Source of the DNA: Candidatus Undinarchaeota archaeon
GTDB lineage: Archaea; SpSt-1190; JASMDC01
NCBI GenBank assembly: GCA_964519305.1
Contig: CAZFHY010000007.1
Coordinates: 32,001 to 96,000 of the forward strand
Direction: 5' to 3'
Length of the DNA: 64,000 nucleotides
Below, in pieces: positions 10,058 through 20,377 of this stretch. The position numbers were made by a program, and so were the translations under genes. Positions within the stretch are counted from its first letter, which is position 1. Every line of letters begins with the position of its first letter. The notes beneath the pieces were generated by a model. The model saw only the letters and a list, made by a program, of their open reading frames with translations, was not told the origin of the DNA and made no database searches.

Positions 10058-13000
10058 ATGCTGACCGCACTAGTCCTCATATTACTACTTTCCCTAGGCA
10101 CCAGCTGGTGGGATGATGAGTGGCACTATCGAGTAGGGTTCAATGTAACTGCCGAACAGGTTATGCGTGAAGTGCCTGTCGAGCTCACGATAAACCTTGG
10201 TAGTCTCGTGGACAAGGACCTCGATATGAACTCTGTTCGGATAGTGCGCGCCATTAGGGCGAATGACTATCCTCTTGATCCGATGTTCTCGTGGTCGGAT
10301 GAATCTATCCACATCTACTTCGTGCTCGAACGCATCCCCGTCGAAACACAGCAGTACTATGTCTATTTCGATGTAACCGATTTTCCGGAGAAGGAGGCAA
10401 TAACCTTCAATAACACCGAACTCGGTGTAGACTACCGGGATATGAACGGCGATGGTGTCGAGGACATCCTACTCTACAACAGCAAGGTCGATGTGGTGCT
10501 CTCCGGGAGGAGCGGTGCCCCACTCCAACTCACTGACAAGTACCAACGTGGTATCGGCAACTTTACATACGTCGCTGAGGACGAATCGTGCTTCACGATA
10601 GACCAGTCGAAGGTCGTGCGTAAGGATTACTCCACTATCGTGGACAATCACAAGGCGACAGCAACGTTCACATCGACGATTGATGATGTTAACCTGGTGA
10701 AGGGGAGGGACCTCGAGTTCTATTGGGAGGCCGAGATCGAGGAGAATACGACAGTTGTATGGCTCACGTTCACCATCACCAACCTCTTTCAGCTTGAGGA
10801 GAGTTACACCGGTTGCGAAGACTGCGAGTATTCACGGTTGTTATTGAATTCAAGCTTACCATTCTTCAACATAAAGAGCCACGGACAGACCGAGACGACC
10901 TTCGAGTACGACCATTCGTGGGACGGACCTCGTATGGTGTTCGGTGACGTGGGGTACTTCTATACGCTCCTCCTCACGGACCCGGGGGTAATTCATGGTG
11001 CCTGCCACGATCCGAGGGCACTGACGATGAAAGAGTTCGAGCTCGGCACAGATGCCACGTTCACGCTACCCATGGTCGCCACGCACACGACGAGCTACGG
11101 TCATATCGACGAGATCCTCAACAGGTTGAACAGTTCTGTAACCATTGAGACCGGTAGCCTAGAGTACATCAACTACTGCGGTGACGGTAAGTGCAATCCC
11201 GAAGAATGTTTCGAGATGTGCGAGGACTGCTCGTCTGGTGACTTCAACAGCACGTGCGTCGGCGATAGCTTCTGTGCTTGGCAGGTGTACGGTGAGAACT
11301 GTGAGACGAGCGCGGATGACTGCTCCTGTACGGATGTGGAGTATTGTAAACCCGATAACAAGCTATCCAACGAGTTCGGTTGCGTTCGCAAGAGCATGAA
11401 GATAGATGAGGGGATGACCTGCGTCTCCAATGAAGACTGTCAGACTGGGAACTGTGTCAATGGCATCTGTTGTCAGGAAGGAAAGGACTGCTGCCTGACC
11501 CACGAACACTGCGGTTCTGACAGGTATTGTCTTTTCGACCTGCTCTATTGCACGAGCAAGAAGGAGAACGGCGTCGTGTGCAATGCGTCGCTTGAGTGTA
11601 GTAGTGGTAATTGTAAAAATGTCTGCTGTCAGGCAGGATCGCTATGCTGCAGGGATGATGAGGACTGTCTCTATGGCATGTGCACCGATAATAACTTCTG
11701 TATCATCTACCTCCCTGAGATCGTAGTTGACAAGACTCTGACGAGCAAGAATATCACCATCGACAAAGAGACGGACATCACCGTCATCGTGAAGAATGTC
11801 GGACGGGGTCTCGCCCATAAGATCATCGCCACCGATCCCCTCCCTGAGAACACGGAACTGGTGCGTGGCTTGAACCAGGTTGAGATCGAGTATCTTCTGC
11901 CCGAACGGGAGCACGCCTATAGCTATACCGTACGCGGCATCATAAGTGAAGGGAATGCGACCGTGGGGAACGCAACAGCGGGAAATGCAACGACCATCAA
12001 TGAAACGAGTGGGGGCGGTCCCGCAGTCACCAGGACCACTTGGCTGTACGAGGTCAACAAGACCATCGTGGAGGTGTTCGACCAGGAGGAGGATAAGACC
12101 ACTGTGGTGGTCACACCTGGTGAAGTCAGGATCGTGGTGGCCACACCGACCCCTGTACCGACGATGGTGCCGACACCCGAGCCGACCCCTGAATCCACTC
12201 CCGAGCCTACGCCGACTCCTACTCCTACTCCCACTCCAGTGCCTACTCCCGTGCATCCGGAGCTCACGCCCAGACCTACGGTGACTGAAACGCCACCACC
12301 TGAGGAGGACATACAGTACGATGATTGGGAGGTCGTGGACAAAGCACAGGGCGGTCTCGGACAAGAGCATCTGAAGAGCCTCATGACCTACACCGTCGGG
12401 CGCACCATCAAGTCGTTCTCAAATATCGGACATGTTAAGAAGGCCCCGGAGGGTGATGTTTTCTCATCAATCTCGTTCACCTATTCCTGCAACTACGATA
12501 ACAAGGTGGTCTATCTCGAACTCATCGACGATAGTGGGAAGACCCTCTGGGGGAACAACGTTCCGGGGAGGTCGTCCGGAACGGAGGAGATCACTGACCT
12601 GAACACGACATCCGTCACCTTCCGCCTCATCGCCATCAAGGGTGGACGAACACCCAAAAAGGAAAAAGCGTGGTACGCGACGGTCCAAGATGTAAAGGTG
12701 ACGACCGGAGGGGCAAAATCAACTCCGAGCTCATTTCTGCCGACCACTAGCGAGGACTCCACCGTCGCTGAGAAGGTCCGGGCGTATGGGCCCTATATCG
12801 TAATAATCGCTTTGATAGGTGCGATCGTCATCAAGCGGGACGAGATCAAGGGCCGGATAGAGGAAATGAAGACACGCATGGCCAAGAAGAAGGAAGAAGA
12901 GGCTAAGGCCGCGGAGACAGGCCCTGAGGAGGAGGCCACGCTGGAACCTGAACCGACGCTCACTGAAAGTGATGACTTGCTCGGTGGGGAGGGGGCCCTG

Positions 13001-13627
13001 TTGGAGGGCGAAGGCGACATCCTCGCGGACGAGGGTGCGTTGCCTGGAGCGACGCCCGCACCGGCCGATGAAGCGACTGCTGTCACAGCTCCGGCAGGTG
13101 ACGACCTCCTGGGCGGAGAGGATGACTTGTTCGGCGGTGAGGACGACCTTCTTGGTGGAGAGGGGGATGATATCTTCGGTGGTGAGGATGATCTTCTCGG
13201 TGGTGAGGATGATGATATCTTCGGGGGAGAGGTCGAGGAAGCGCCGCTGGAGGAGGAGCAGCCACCTGCCCTCACTGGTATACTGGGCAACGTCATGGCT
13301 TCAGCTTCCACTGAGATAATGGCCGACGATATCGGTTCGAAGGATATTTCGCTCGGATTCGAACACCGTGACCGTGTAGCAAAGATTCAGGAACATGCTG
13401 AGTCCCTTGACCTGTTCATCGAATCGAAAAAGAAGTTCGCTGATGGTAAGAGGCTCCAATCCCTTGAGGCGCTACAAGCGCGTATCAAGACAATTTCTAG
13501 TGAGGGTGCAAATAGTCTGAGCTCTGTCCAACAGGGGAGCATGGAACGCGCTGACCTGGAAGGTGTTCTTACTAATGTGGAGCAGGAGCTCAAGAAGGTA
13601 GTTGATTTCTTCGGCATCGACCTATAA
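10058..13627 (+). CDS. Large multidomain cell-surface glycoprotein with acidic cytoplasmic tail
   Basis: Likely start MLTALVLILLLSLG; WWDDEWHYR (DUF2341-like N-terminus); DMNGDGVED Ca-binding-like motif; Cys-rich modules; DUF11/BatD-like Ig domain (VVDKTL...VKNVG...DPLP); Pro/Thr linker; TM YIVIIALIGAIVI; DDLLGGE repeats. Confidence 0.8.
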   Translation: MLTALVLILLLSLGTSWWDDEWHYRVGFNVTAEQVMREVPVELTINLGSLVDKDLDMNSVRIVRAIRANDYPLDPMFSWSDESIHIYFVLERIPVETQQYYVYFDVTDFPEKEAITFNNTELGVDYRDMNGDGVEDILLYNSKVDVVLSGRSGAPLQLTDKYQRGIGNFTYVAEDESCFTIDQSKVVRKDYSTIVDNHKATATFTSTIDDVNLVKGRDLEFYWEAEIEENTTVVWLTFTITNLFQLEESYTGCEDCEYSRLLLNSSLPFFNIKSHGQTETTFEYDHSWDGPRMVFGDVGYFYTLLLTDPGVIHGACHDPRALTMKEFELGTDATFTLPMVATHTTSYGHIDEILNRLNSSVTIETGSLEYINYCGDGKCNPEECFEMCEDCSSGDFNSTCVGDSFCAWQVYGENCETSADDCSCTDVEYCKPDNKLSNEFGCVRKSMKIDEGMTCVSNEDCQTGNCVNGICCQEGKDCCLTHEHCGSDRYCLFDLLYCTSKKENGVVCNASLECSSGNCKNVCCQAGSLCCRDDEDCLYGMCTDNNFCIIYLPEIVVDKTLTSKNITIDKETDITVIVKNVGRGLAHKIIATDPLPENTELVRGLNQVEIEYLLPEREHAYSYTVRGIISEGNATVGNATAGNATTINETSGGGPAVTRTTWLYEVNKTIVEVFDQEEDKTTVVVTPGEVRIVVATPTPVPTMVPTPEPTPESTPEPTPTPTPTPTPVPTPVHPELTPRPTVTETPPPEEDIQYDDWEVVDKAQGGLGQEHLKSLMTYTVGRTIKSFSNIGHVKKAPEGDVFSSISFTYSCNYDNKVVYLELIDDSGKTLWGNNVPGRSSGTEEITDLNTTSVTFRLIAIKGGRTPKKEKAWYATVQDVKVTTGGAKSTPSSFLPTTSEDSTVAEKVRAYGPYIVIIALIGAIVIKRDEIKGRIEEMKTRMAKKKEEEAKAAETGPEEEATLEPEPTLTESDDLLGGEGALLEGEGDILADEGALPGATPAPADEATAVTAPAGDDLLGGEDDLFGGEDDLLGGEGDDIFGGEDDLLGGEDDDIFGGEVEEAPLEEEQPPALTGILGNVMASASTEIMADDIGSKDISLGFEHRDRVAKIQEHAESLDLFIESKKKFADGKRLQSLEALQARIKTISSEGANSLSSVQQGSMERADLEGVLTNVEQELKKVVDFFGIDL
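12142..12300 (+). repeat. Pro/Thr-rich (PT)n linker
   Basis: TPTPVPTMVPTPEPTPESTPEPTPTPTPTPTPVPTP. Confidence 0.85.
13100..13231 (+). repeat. Six tandem DD(L/I)(L/F)GGE heptapeptide repeats (~21-nt period)
   Basis: DDLLGGE DDLFGGE DDLLGGEG DDIFGGE DDLLGGED DDIFGGE. Confidence 0.85.
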
Positions 13628-13865
13628 GCGACCATCACTTGGAAACGCTACAAGGCATAAAGACCACTTGTCCGAGTCTCTGCATTCGGAACCGATAGTA
13701 TAGAGAATATGGAGAATAATTACGCAAGGGATTTGTGCACGAACGGTATTATTGTTTATTGCGACGTACGTGAAGGGGCGGAGTGTGTGGAACCCCAGTG
13801 GGTCTCCTTCCTCCCCCAAGTGTCACCCGCCCCTTCTTTCCCCCCTTCTTTAATCAGACACTCCT

Positions 13866-13903
13866 GACAGGATATTGTACCTGTCTGTGAAAAGGTTTTT
13901 ATG
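13866..13903 (+). promoter_or_regulatory. Putative operator palindrome plus BRE/TATA upstream of the larE operon
   Basis: GACAGG-N8-CCTGTC (13866-13885) followed by GAAAAGG TTTTTATG about 20 nt before ATG 13921. Confidence 0.5.
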
Positions 13904-13920
13904 CGGCTGCCTTACACTCA

Positions 13921-14817
13921 ATGATGGACATCTACATGGATGCGAGCTCATTGAATGGGAACGGTTCACAAGTGAGTCCGGCCAAGGACAATGGCCGGGA
14001 ACAGAAGCTTGAGGCTTTACGTGATTACCTCAAACAATGCGGTTCTGTCCTCGTTGCCTTATCTGGAGGAGTGGATTCCTCCGTATTAGCAGCAGTCGCG
14101 TTCGATGTTCTCGGTAAGGACGCCGTAGCGGCGACGGCTTTTTCTGAGACCTTGCCTTCACGTGACCGGAAGGATGCTAGGACGATCGTGGACCTGCTAG
14201 GAATTCGCCATGTGACCAGGAAGACACAGGAACTTGACATCCCGGGCTATGCTGAGAACGGTCCTGATCGATGCTACCTATGCAAGCGGTCATTAGCATC
14301 CGAGCTCAAGGATATCGCTCGAGAGGAAGGTCTGGAAAAAATATTGGAGGCCACGACCATTACTGAGGCTCAGTCCGAGGACCGACCCGGGCTCCGGGCT
14401 CTTCGAGAGGCGGGGATCCGCAGTCCGTTCTTGGAGCTCGATATCGGAAAGGACGATGTCCGTGCTATTGCGAGGATCTATGGGCTCCCCGTGGCCGAAA
14501 AACCATCATCGGCATGTCTGTCCTCCCGTTTCCCTCATGGTGAACTTATCACGGTCGAGGGGCTCCAGCGTGTATCACGAGCGGAAGGGATAGTCAGGGA
14601 CCGATTGGAAGCAATTCAAGTAAGAGTGCGGTCACAGGGCCGTGGTGCTCGAATAGAGCTGGATCCTCGTACGCTTGAGCGCATCATGTCATCTGAATGC
14701 CGTACGACCCTCACCGAAACAGTTAAAGAACTGAAGTCGCTGGGTTTCTCCCATGTCGCCATCGACCTCGAGGGGTACCGGCCTGGCGGGGCCGACGACC
14801 CCGGAAGAGGTTCTTGA
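13921..14817 (+). CDS. larE: ATP-dependent sulfur transferase LarE
   Basis: PP-loop SGGVDS, RCYLCK, DRPGLRA, SSACLSSRFP and VRVR motifs. Confidence 0.92.
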   Translation: MMDIYMDASSLNGNGSQVSPAKDNGREQKLEALRDYLKQCGSVLVALSGGVDSSVLAAVAFDVLGKDAVAATAFSETLPSRDRKDARTIVDLLGIRHVTRKTQELDIPGYAENGPDRCYLCKRSLASELKDIAREEGLEKILEATTITEAQSEDRPGLRALREAGIRSPFLELDIGKDDVRAIARIYGLPVAEKPSSACLSSRFPHGELITVEGLQRVSRAEGIVRDRLEAIQVRVRSQGRGARIELDPRTLERIMSSECRTTLTETVKELKSLGFSHVAIDLEGYRPGGADDPGRGS

Positions 14818-15580
14818 TTCCTATCATGATGGCTCGATTTCCCGCAAAGAGGCCATCGCAGCCTTAGAGGGTCTGAGCGTGCTCTCCGTTGGTTCTCTTG
14901 CTCGCATCGATCTGAACAGGGAGGCCAGATGTGGAGTGCCGGAGGTCGTGTACGGAGAGGGAAAGAGGCTTAATGAGCTCAAGGATATCGCACTAGCTAT
15001 GCTCAGAGAACGGGGGAAGGTCATCATTACGCGCCTTTCGCCGGAGCGTCGTGACGTCATCGTACCCCTTCTCAAGGATGCTGACATCGAGTACGACGAT
15101 GACGCCCAGGCTCTTGTGGCCCGTCGAAAGGGGTCCATGAAGAAAGAGAGCTATAAAGGGACCATCGCGGTCCTCACGGCCGGTACATCTGACATACCTG
15201 TCGCTGCTGAATGTGGACTTATCGCAAAGGAACTTGGATTGAAGGTGATCATGTTCAATGATGTTGGTGTTGCGGGAGTGCATAGGTTAGTACCCTGTAT
15301 CAAGACACTGGTGGATGAGAAGGTGGATTGCATCATTGTCGTGGCCGGAATGGAGGGTGCGCTTCCCTCGCTCGTGGCCGGGCTCGTTGACGTCCCCGTC
15401 ATCGGGGTTCCTACATCGATCGGCTATGGTGCCAACCTTGGAGGGATGACCACTCTGCTTTCGATGCTTTGTTCATGTGCGCCGGGGCTCGCTGTTGTCA
15501 ACGTGGATAATGGATTCGGGGCAGCAGTGTTCGCACGCAAGGTCTGCATCACGCATCGGAGAACGGAGGGTTCACCATGA
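14753..15580 (+). CDS. larB: Nickel-pincer cofactor carboxylase/hydrolase LarB
   Basis: PEVVYGEGK, AGTSDIPVA, DVGVAGVHRL, VAGMEGALPS, VPTSIGYG, VVNVDNGFGA. True start uncertain. Confidence 0.93.
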   Translation: MSPSTSRGTGLAGPTTPEEVLDSYHDGSISRKEAIAALEGLSVLSVGSLARIDLNREARCGVPEVVYGEGKRLNELKDIALAMLRERGKVIITRLSPERRDVIVPLLKDADIEYDDDAQALVARRKGSMKKESYKGTIAVLTAGTSDIPVAAECGLIAKELGLKVIMFNDVGVAGVHRLVPCIKTLVDEKVDCIIVVAGMEGALPSLVAGLVDVPVIGVPTSIGYGANLGGMTTLLSMLCSCAPGLAVVNVDNGFGAAVFARKVCITHRRTEGSP

Positions 15581-16029
15581 GCGTTGGACCCGGACGTATA
15601 GCTGGTGGAGGGCATGATATCCAGGTACAGACTACCGTTGACGATGTCACGGGCGAAGTGCTCGGATATACGATGGACCGTCTACTTGAGGCAGGATCAT
15701 CTGACGTTACATTCACACCTGTCACCATGAAGAAAGGCCGACCCGGCATCACCGTCACAGTGCTATGTGCAGAATCGCTCCTTGATCAGGTCTGTGACAT
15801 CCTTATTGCTGAGCTCGGGACACTTGGTGTACGATGGTGGCCTGTTCATCGCAGAAAGGTCGAGCGTCGGTTCGAAGAGGTATCTGTGATGGGGGAGCGT
15901 ATCACACTCAAGACCGGTACCGTGAACGGTCGAGATGCAATGAGCAAGCTTGAATACGATGACGCGTGCAAGGTGGCTCAGAAGCTCAAGATACCTTTGA
16001 GGCGGGTCCTTGAGGAGGGAAAGCAATGA
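15577..16029 (+). CDS. larC: LarC C-terminal domain only (LarC2-like nickel insertase fragment)
   Basis: TTVDDVTGEVLG, MKKGRPG, TLGVR and EYDD motifs; 150 aa with no N-terminal His-rich domain. Confidence 0.85.
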   Translation: MSVGPGRIAGGGHDIQVQTTVDDVTGEVLGYTMDRLLEAGSSDVTFTPVTMKKGRPGITVTVLCAESLLDQVCDILIAELGTLGVRWWPVHRRKVERRFEEVSVMGERITLKTGTVNGRDAMSKLEYDDACKVAQKLKIPLRRVLEEGKQ

Positions 16030-16928
16030 GCATACTCGTTGTCGGCGATATAGCCGTGGACTCACTAGGTATCGTCAGTCATTTCCCGGAGGTCAGCACT
16101 AATGCAGAGGTCAATAACTTCACGAAGGCCTTTGGTGGCAGTGCTGCGAACACAGCAGTGGTCGCTCGGATGTTGGGGGACAAGGTCGGTTTTGCATCCG
16201 TGATAGGTCATGATTTCCCAGAAGGGTACATGGACCGGTTGAAGACGATGAAGCTTGACCTTTCCTACCTTGGGAAGAGCGAGTTGAACACGACATCCGT
16301 GTTCATCTTCAGCAAGGGTAACGATCAGGTCTCATTCTTCTATCCGGGTTCAAGTCAGGAGCTCGATGGGATGCGCATCCCGCGCGACTACTTGTCCAAG
16401 TTCGATATTGTCCACATGTGCCGTAACTTCCCGAGCCTCCAGTACCGTATCGTACGAGAATGCCGGGACCTACGTACGAAGGTGTCGTACAATCCTGGTT
16501 ACGGCATCGATGAGATGGACAAGCTCCACCTCAGACGTATCATCAAGGGTACTGATATCCTCTTCCTGAACGAGGCTGAACTCGATTACATGCTGGAGCT
16601 CTTCGGGCTCGAGGCACCCCATGACGTTCGGGGATGGGCTGACCTCGACATCCTTGTCCTCACGCTTGGAAAGGATGGCTCCCGCGTCATAACACGGGAA
16701 GGGGAGGATGCTATCGTCCCGGCCATCGAGCTACAGGTCGTGGATCCCACCGGCGCAGGTGACTCGTTCACTGCGGGTTTCCTCACATCTCTAGTGCAAA
16801 CAGGGGATCCTGTCGAAGCAGCAAAGATCGGTTCGGCGACCGCTAGCTATGTCATCACCAGCACGGAGACACAGCCGACCATCACGTTGGACAATGTGAT
16901 GGAGAAACGAAGAAGTCAATATATCTAA
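16026..16928 (+). CDS. PfkB/ribokinase-family carbohydrate or nucleoside kinase
   Basis: GGSAANTA, FLNEAE, TLGKDGS and DPTGAGDSF signatures. Confidence 0.92.
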   Translation: MSILVVGDIAVDSLGIVSHFPEVSTNAEVNNFTKAFGGSAANTAVVARMLGDKVGFASVIGHDFPEGYMDRLKTMKLDLSYLGKSELNTTSVFIFSKGNDQVSFFYPGSSQELDGMRIPRDYLSKFDIVHMCRNFPSLQYRIVRECRDLRTKVSYNPGYGIDEMDKLHLRRIIKGTDILFLNEAELDYMLELFGLEAPHDVRGWADLDILVLTLGKDGSRVITREGEDAIVPAIELQVVDPTGAGDSFTAGFLTSLVQTGDPVEAAKIGSATASYVITSTETQPTITLDNVMEKRRSQYI

Positions 16929-16989
16929 GAGCTGAAAAAGAATGATGCTCCTCCAAGCTCGAACGGGAACGGACCGCGCGTGATGTGCT

Positions 16990-17691
16990 ATGGGGATTGA
17001 TGTTCTTGGGAATCGACAGGCTATATCCCAGTTCAGGGGTCGGTTCGAGTCGATGGCGAAGGGCAAGCTGATACGGCTCGGTAACGCGGTCCCAGGTGCG
17101 GGACGATACGATCCATCAGCACTCTATGCTCATCTTATCACTGCTCTGGCACCGCTCGCCAAGAGAGACCTTTTCAGACCCAATGCGTTCTCAAAGGAGC
17201 GACGTCTCCATGCAGATGCAGGGACTGGGCCGATCTTCGACTTCGCGGACGAACTCCTTGAAAAACTCCTTGATTTCTCAGCCCTCCATGGTGACAAGGA
17301 CCTGCAGGATGACCTGCGGTCCGTTCAATGGAGCGATATACCGCGGCGATTGGATCTTGAGAGCGAGATAGCGGAACTGACGACTGAGCTTGATCCCAAG
17401 ACATTCCTATTCTCCTGGGACCGGGCCGTAAAGGGCTTTTTCCATAAGTATACTCGCGTCTTCACTCACGATGAGCTATGGTATTCGATATACCTTCGTG
17501 AGCTGGAGGACTGTGCGTTCCTCGTTCTATCAGTGAAGGACGAAGAGCTCGAGCAGGAGCTCAACCGCTTTTTATCCTTGCTGCTTATCGTATATCCGTC
17601 AACATGGCGAAGCAGGAAGGGTGTGCTCGATGTCCTTTGGTCCCGCGCGGTGAGCTTCTATAACAGGCGCTTTGGAATGTATGACCAATAA
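16990..17691 (+). CDS. Hypothetical protein
   Basis: 233-aa ORF filling the gap with protein-like composition; no motif recognised. Confidence 0.6.
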   Translation: MGIDVLGNRQAISQFRGRFESMAKGKLIRLGNAVPGAGRYDPSALYAHLITALAPLAKRDLFRPNAFSKERRLHADAGTGPIFDFADELLEKLLDFSALHGDKDLQDDLRSVQWSDIPRRLDLESEIAELTTELDPKTFLFSWDRAVKGFFHKYTRVFTHDELWYSIYLRELEDCAFLVLSVKDEELEQELNRFLSLLLIVYPSTWRSRKGVLDVLWSRAVSFYNRRFGMYDQ

Positions 17692-17812
17692 CTAGTGGAT
17701 TAATACCGGCCCTTCAGCAGCTCACGTTGCTCGACAACATATAATTATGATGATTGTCCCACACTGAACACCCGTGTGAAAAGTCATCAATCCGGTAAAG
17801 AGAGCGAAACAG

Positions 17813-19021
17813 ATGGACGTACTTATCGAACTCATCCTCATCCTTGGTCTAGCTAGAATATGCGGTAGCATTGTCGAACGACTTGGTCAACCCCGCGTAG
17901 TAGGTGAGCTCCTCACAGGGTTCGTCCTTGGCAAGGCATGGCTGGACATTATCCAACCGGACGCGGCACTGGATGTCCTGTCGAACTTGGGAATTATCTT
18001 CCTGATGTACCTCGCTGGCCTCCATATGAAGCCACAGGAGCTTCTGGACGTATCAATACCGGCTTTTCTCGTTGCCTTTTTCGGTGCTTTCGTTCCTATG
18101 GTCCTCGGGTACGAAGTGACCGTCTGGTTCGGATTCAATCCAATACATGCGTTGTTCGTAGGTGTTGGGCTCTCCATAACCGCGGTCGCGGTCAAGGCAC
18201 GCATACTCATGGATCTGGGGGGTCTGGAGTCGAGAGTGGGGAAGATCATCATGAGTGCGGCCGTCTTGGATGACGTCATGGGCCTGGTGTTCTTCGCTAT
18301 CCTCTCGTCGCTTGCCGTCGACGGCGTGCTCCCGACCGGAGGGGCACTACTTAACATCCTTGTTCACATCATGTTCTTTTTCGGATTCGCCGTGTTCGCG
18401 GGATATCTTCTACCATATCTGGCGCCAAGGATACGGAAGCTGGCTGATACAAAGGACGGCCTCTTCACGTTCTGCCTGGTCGTGAGCTTCTCCTTTGCGT
18501 ACTTTGCAGAGGAGTTCGGCCTCCATCCTATGATCGGCGCCTATGTCGCAGGTCTACTCGTTAAGTCGCTAGGGATGCAGGGCATCGATACCAAGCAGGT
18601 ACTTGATATGTTCACTCCCGTAGCTTTCGGGTTTCTAGGCCCGCTCTTCTTTGTCCGGATTGCGTTGGAGGTGGATGCGAGCGCTCTTTACGAGCATGGT
18701 TCTTTCGTTCTCGCGGTCATCACAGTAGCTATCATCGGAAAGGTTTTCGGATGTGGTCTTGCAGCACTCCTGACGGGGAGCTCAAGACGCGAAGCAGTCG
18801 TAATCGGCCTTGGGATGAACGGACGGGGTGCCGTGGAACTGGTCATTGCCCAGTTCGGTAGACAGATGACGGCCAATCCTCTCCCTGATGTCATCTTCTC
18901 TACACTTGTGATAATGGCGTTCACAACGACCTTGCTCACCCCCATCACACTGAAACGGGCTTTGCCTTGGTATAATGAAGAGCGGTTGGCACACACTGAT
19001 CCCTCATGGCATGAGAGCTAG
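17813..19021 (+). CDS. Cation:proton antiporter (CPA2, NapA/Kef-like), copy 1
   Basis: GQPRVVGELLTG, LSITAVAV, AAVLDD and GMNGRGAVEL motifs; about 12-13 TM. Confidence 0.92.
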   Translation: MDVLIELILILGLARICGSIVERLGQPRVVGELLTGFVLGKAWLDIIQPDAALDVLSNLGIIFLMYLAGLHMKPQELLDVSIPAFLVAFFGAFVPMVLGYEVTVWFGFNPIHALFVGVGLSITAVAVKARILMDLGGLESRVGKIIMSAAVLDDVMGLVFFAILSSLAVDGVLPTGGALLNILVHIMFFFGFAVFAGYLLPYLAPRIRKLADTKDGLFTFCLVVSFSFAYFAEEFGLHPMIGAYVAGLLVKSLGMQGIDTKQVLDMFTPVAFGFLGPLFFVRIALEVDASALYEHGSFVLAVITVAIIGKVFGCGLAALLTGSSRREAVVIGLGMNGRGAVELVIAQFGRQMTANPLPDVIFSTLVIMAFTTTLLTPITLKRALPWYNEERLAHTDPSWHES

Positions 19022-19132
19022 AATCAACTCATTCGCGCGCGGTCGGGGTAAGTATTAAAACATTGAACGGGGTCCAACTCCCCGGGAGAACATGCGGACG
19101 ATTTTTCGTGTTGTGGTCCAGGAGTGCACGTA

Positions 19133-20377
19133 ATGCAGCCCATCCTCTTCGAGCTCATCGTCGTTCTTGGTTTCGCACGACTTGGCGGGAGCATCGCCCA
19201 GCGCTTGGGACAGCCTCGTATCGTGGGCGAGCTCATGGTAGGGTTCTTCATCGGGAAAGCCTTCCTCAATCTGATCGAGGTATCGGATGCGCTGGATGCT
19301 TTCGCTGATGTCGGTATAATCTTCCTGATGTATCTCGCAGGGCTTCACATGAAACCGACGGACCTTCTGGACGTCTCGATCCCATCCTTCCTCGTTGCGA
19401 TCTTCGGTGCATTCATCCCCATGTTCCTGGGATTCCAGGTGACCATATGGTTCGGATTCCATCCGGTACATGCGCTCTTCGTCGGTGTGGCTTTATCTAT
19501 AACCGCAGTGGCCGTGAAGGCGCGTATCCTCATCGAGCAAGGTGAACTCGAGACACGTGCAGGTCGCATTGGCATGGGTGCGGCAGTTCTCGATGATGTC
19601 ATAGGTCTTGTGTTCTTCAGCATCCTTTCCACGATGGTCGCTGTCGGGACGCTCCCGGACGGTATTGAACTGTTGAGTATCCTTGCGCGCGTCATGTTCT
19701 TCTTTGGATTCGCCATGCTGGCTGGATTCCTCTTACCACCTCTCACGAAGCGGCTGGGAAATCTCGGTGAATCGCCGGATAATCTCCTGACGTTCTGCCT
19801 AATCATAAGTTTCTCATTCGCGTACATCGCTGAAAACTTCGGGGTCCATCCCATTATCGGAGCCTATATCGCCGGTCTCCTGGTAAACTCTATCGGCATG
19901 CAGGGCATCGATACGCGTAAGCTACAGGAGATAGTCCATCCCCTGGCCTTCGGGTTTCTAGTCCCCCTCTTCTTCGTCCGCATCGCTCTCGAAGTGGAGG
20001 GCTCCGCGCTCTTCGAGAATCCAACGTTCACCCTAGCGATAATCATAGTTGCAGTGTTAGGGAAAGTGGTAGGGTGCGGGATCGCCGCCCGGATTGCCGG
20101 CAGTTCATGGCGCGAAGCGCTCATAATCGGTCTTGGGATGAACGGACGAGGTGCCGTGGAACTGGTCATTGCTGAACTGGGAAGACAGTTCACGAGGAAC
20201 CCTCTTCCGGATATCATTTTCTCGAGCCTAGTTCTCATGGCGTTCACGACGACCATCCTTACACCAATCACTCTCAAGATCGCCATGCCTTGGTACCGCG
20301 AAGAATTGATGGCGTTCACTGAGCCGGACTGGCGAGACAGCTCGGAACCCGTCCGTAGCTCGCGAGCGGGTGCGTGA
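19133..20377 (+). CDS. Cation:proton antiporter (CPA2), copy 2
   Basis: Tandem paralog of 17813-19021 with the same motifs. Confidence 0.92.
   Translation: MQPILFELIVVLGFARLGGSIAQRLGQPRIVGELMVGFFIGKAFLNLIEVSDALDAFADVGIIFLMYLAGLHMKPTDLLDVSIPSFLVAIFGAFIPMFLGFQVTIWFGFHPVHALFVGVALSITAVAVKARILIEQGELETRAGRIGMGAAVLDDVIGLVFFSILSTMVAVGTLPDGIELLSILARVMFFFGFAMLAGFLLPPLTKRLGNLGESPDNLLTFCLIISFSFAYIAENFGVHPIIGAYIAGLLVNSIGMQGIDTRKLQEIVHPLAFGFLVPLFFVRIALEVEGSALFENPTFTLAIIIVAVLGKVVGCGIAARIAGSSWREALIIGLGMNGRGAVELVIAELGRQFTRNPLPDIIFSSLVLMAFTTTILTPITLKIAMPWYREELMAFTEPDWRDSSEPVRSSRAGA

Noticed and set aside
13100-13231. CRISPR array
   Set aside because: The ~21-nt units are in-frame coding repeats with synonymous variation and no unique spacers; no cas genes are present.
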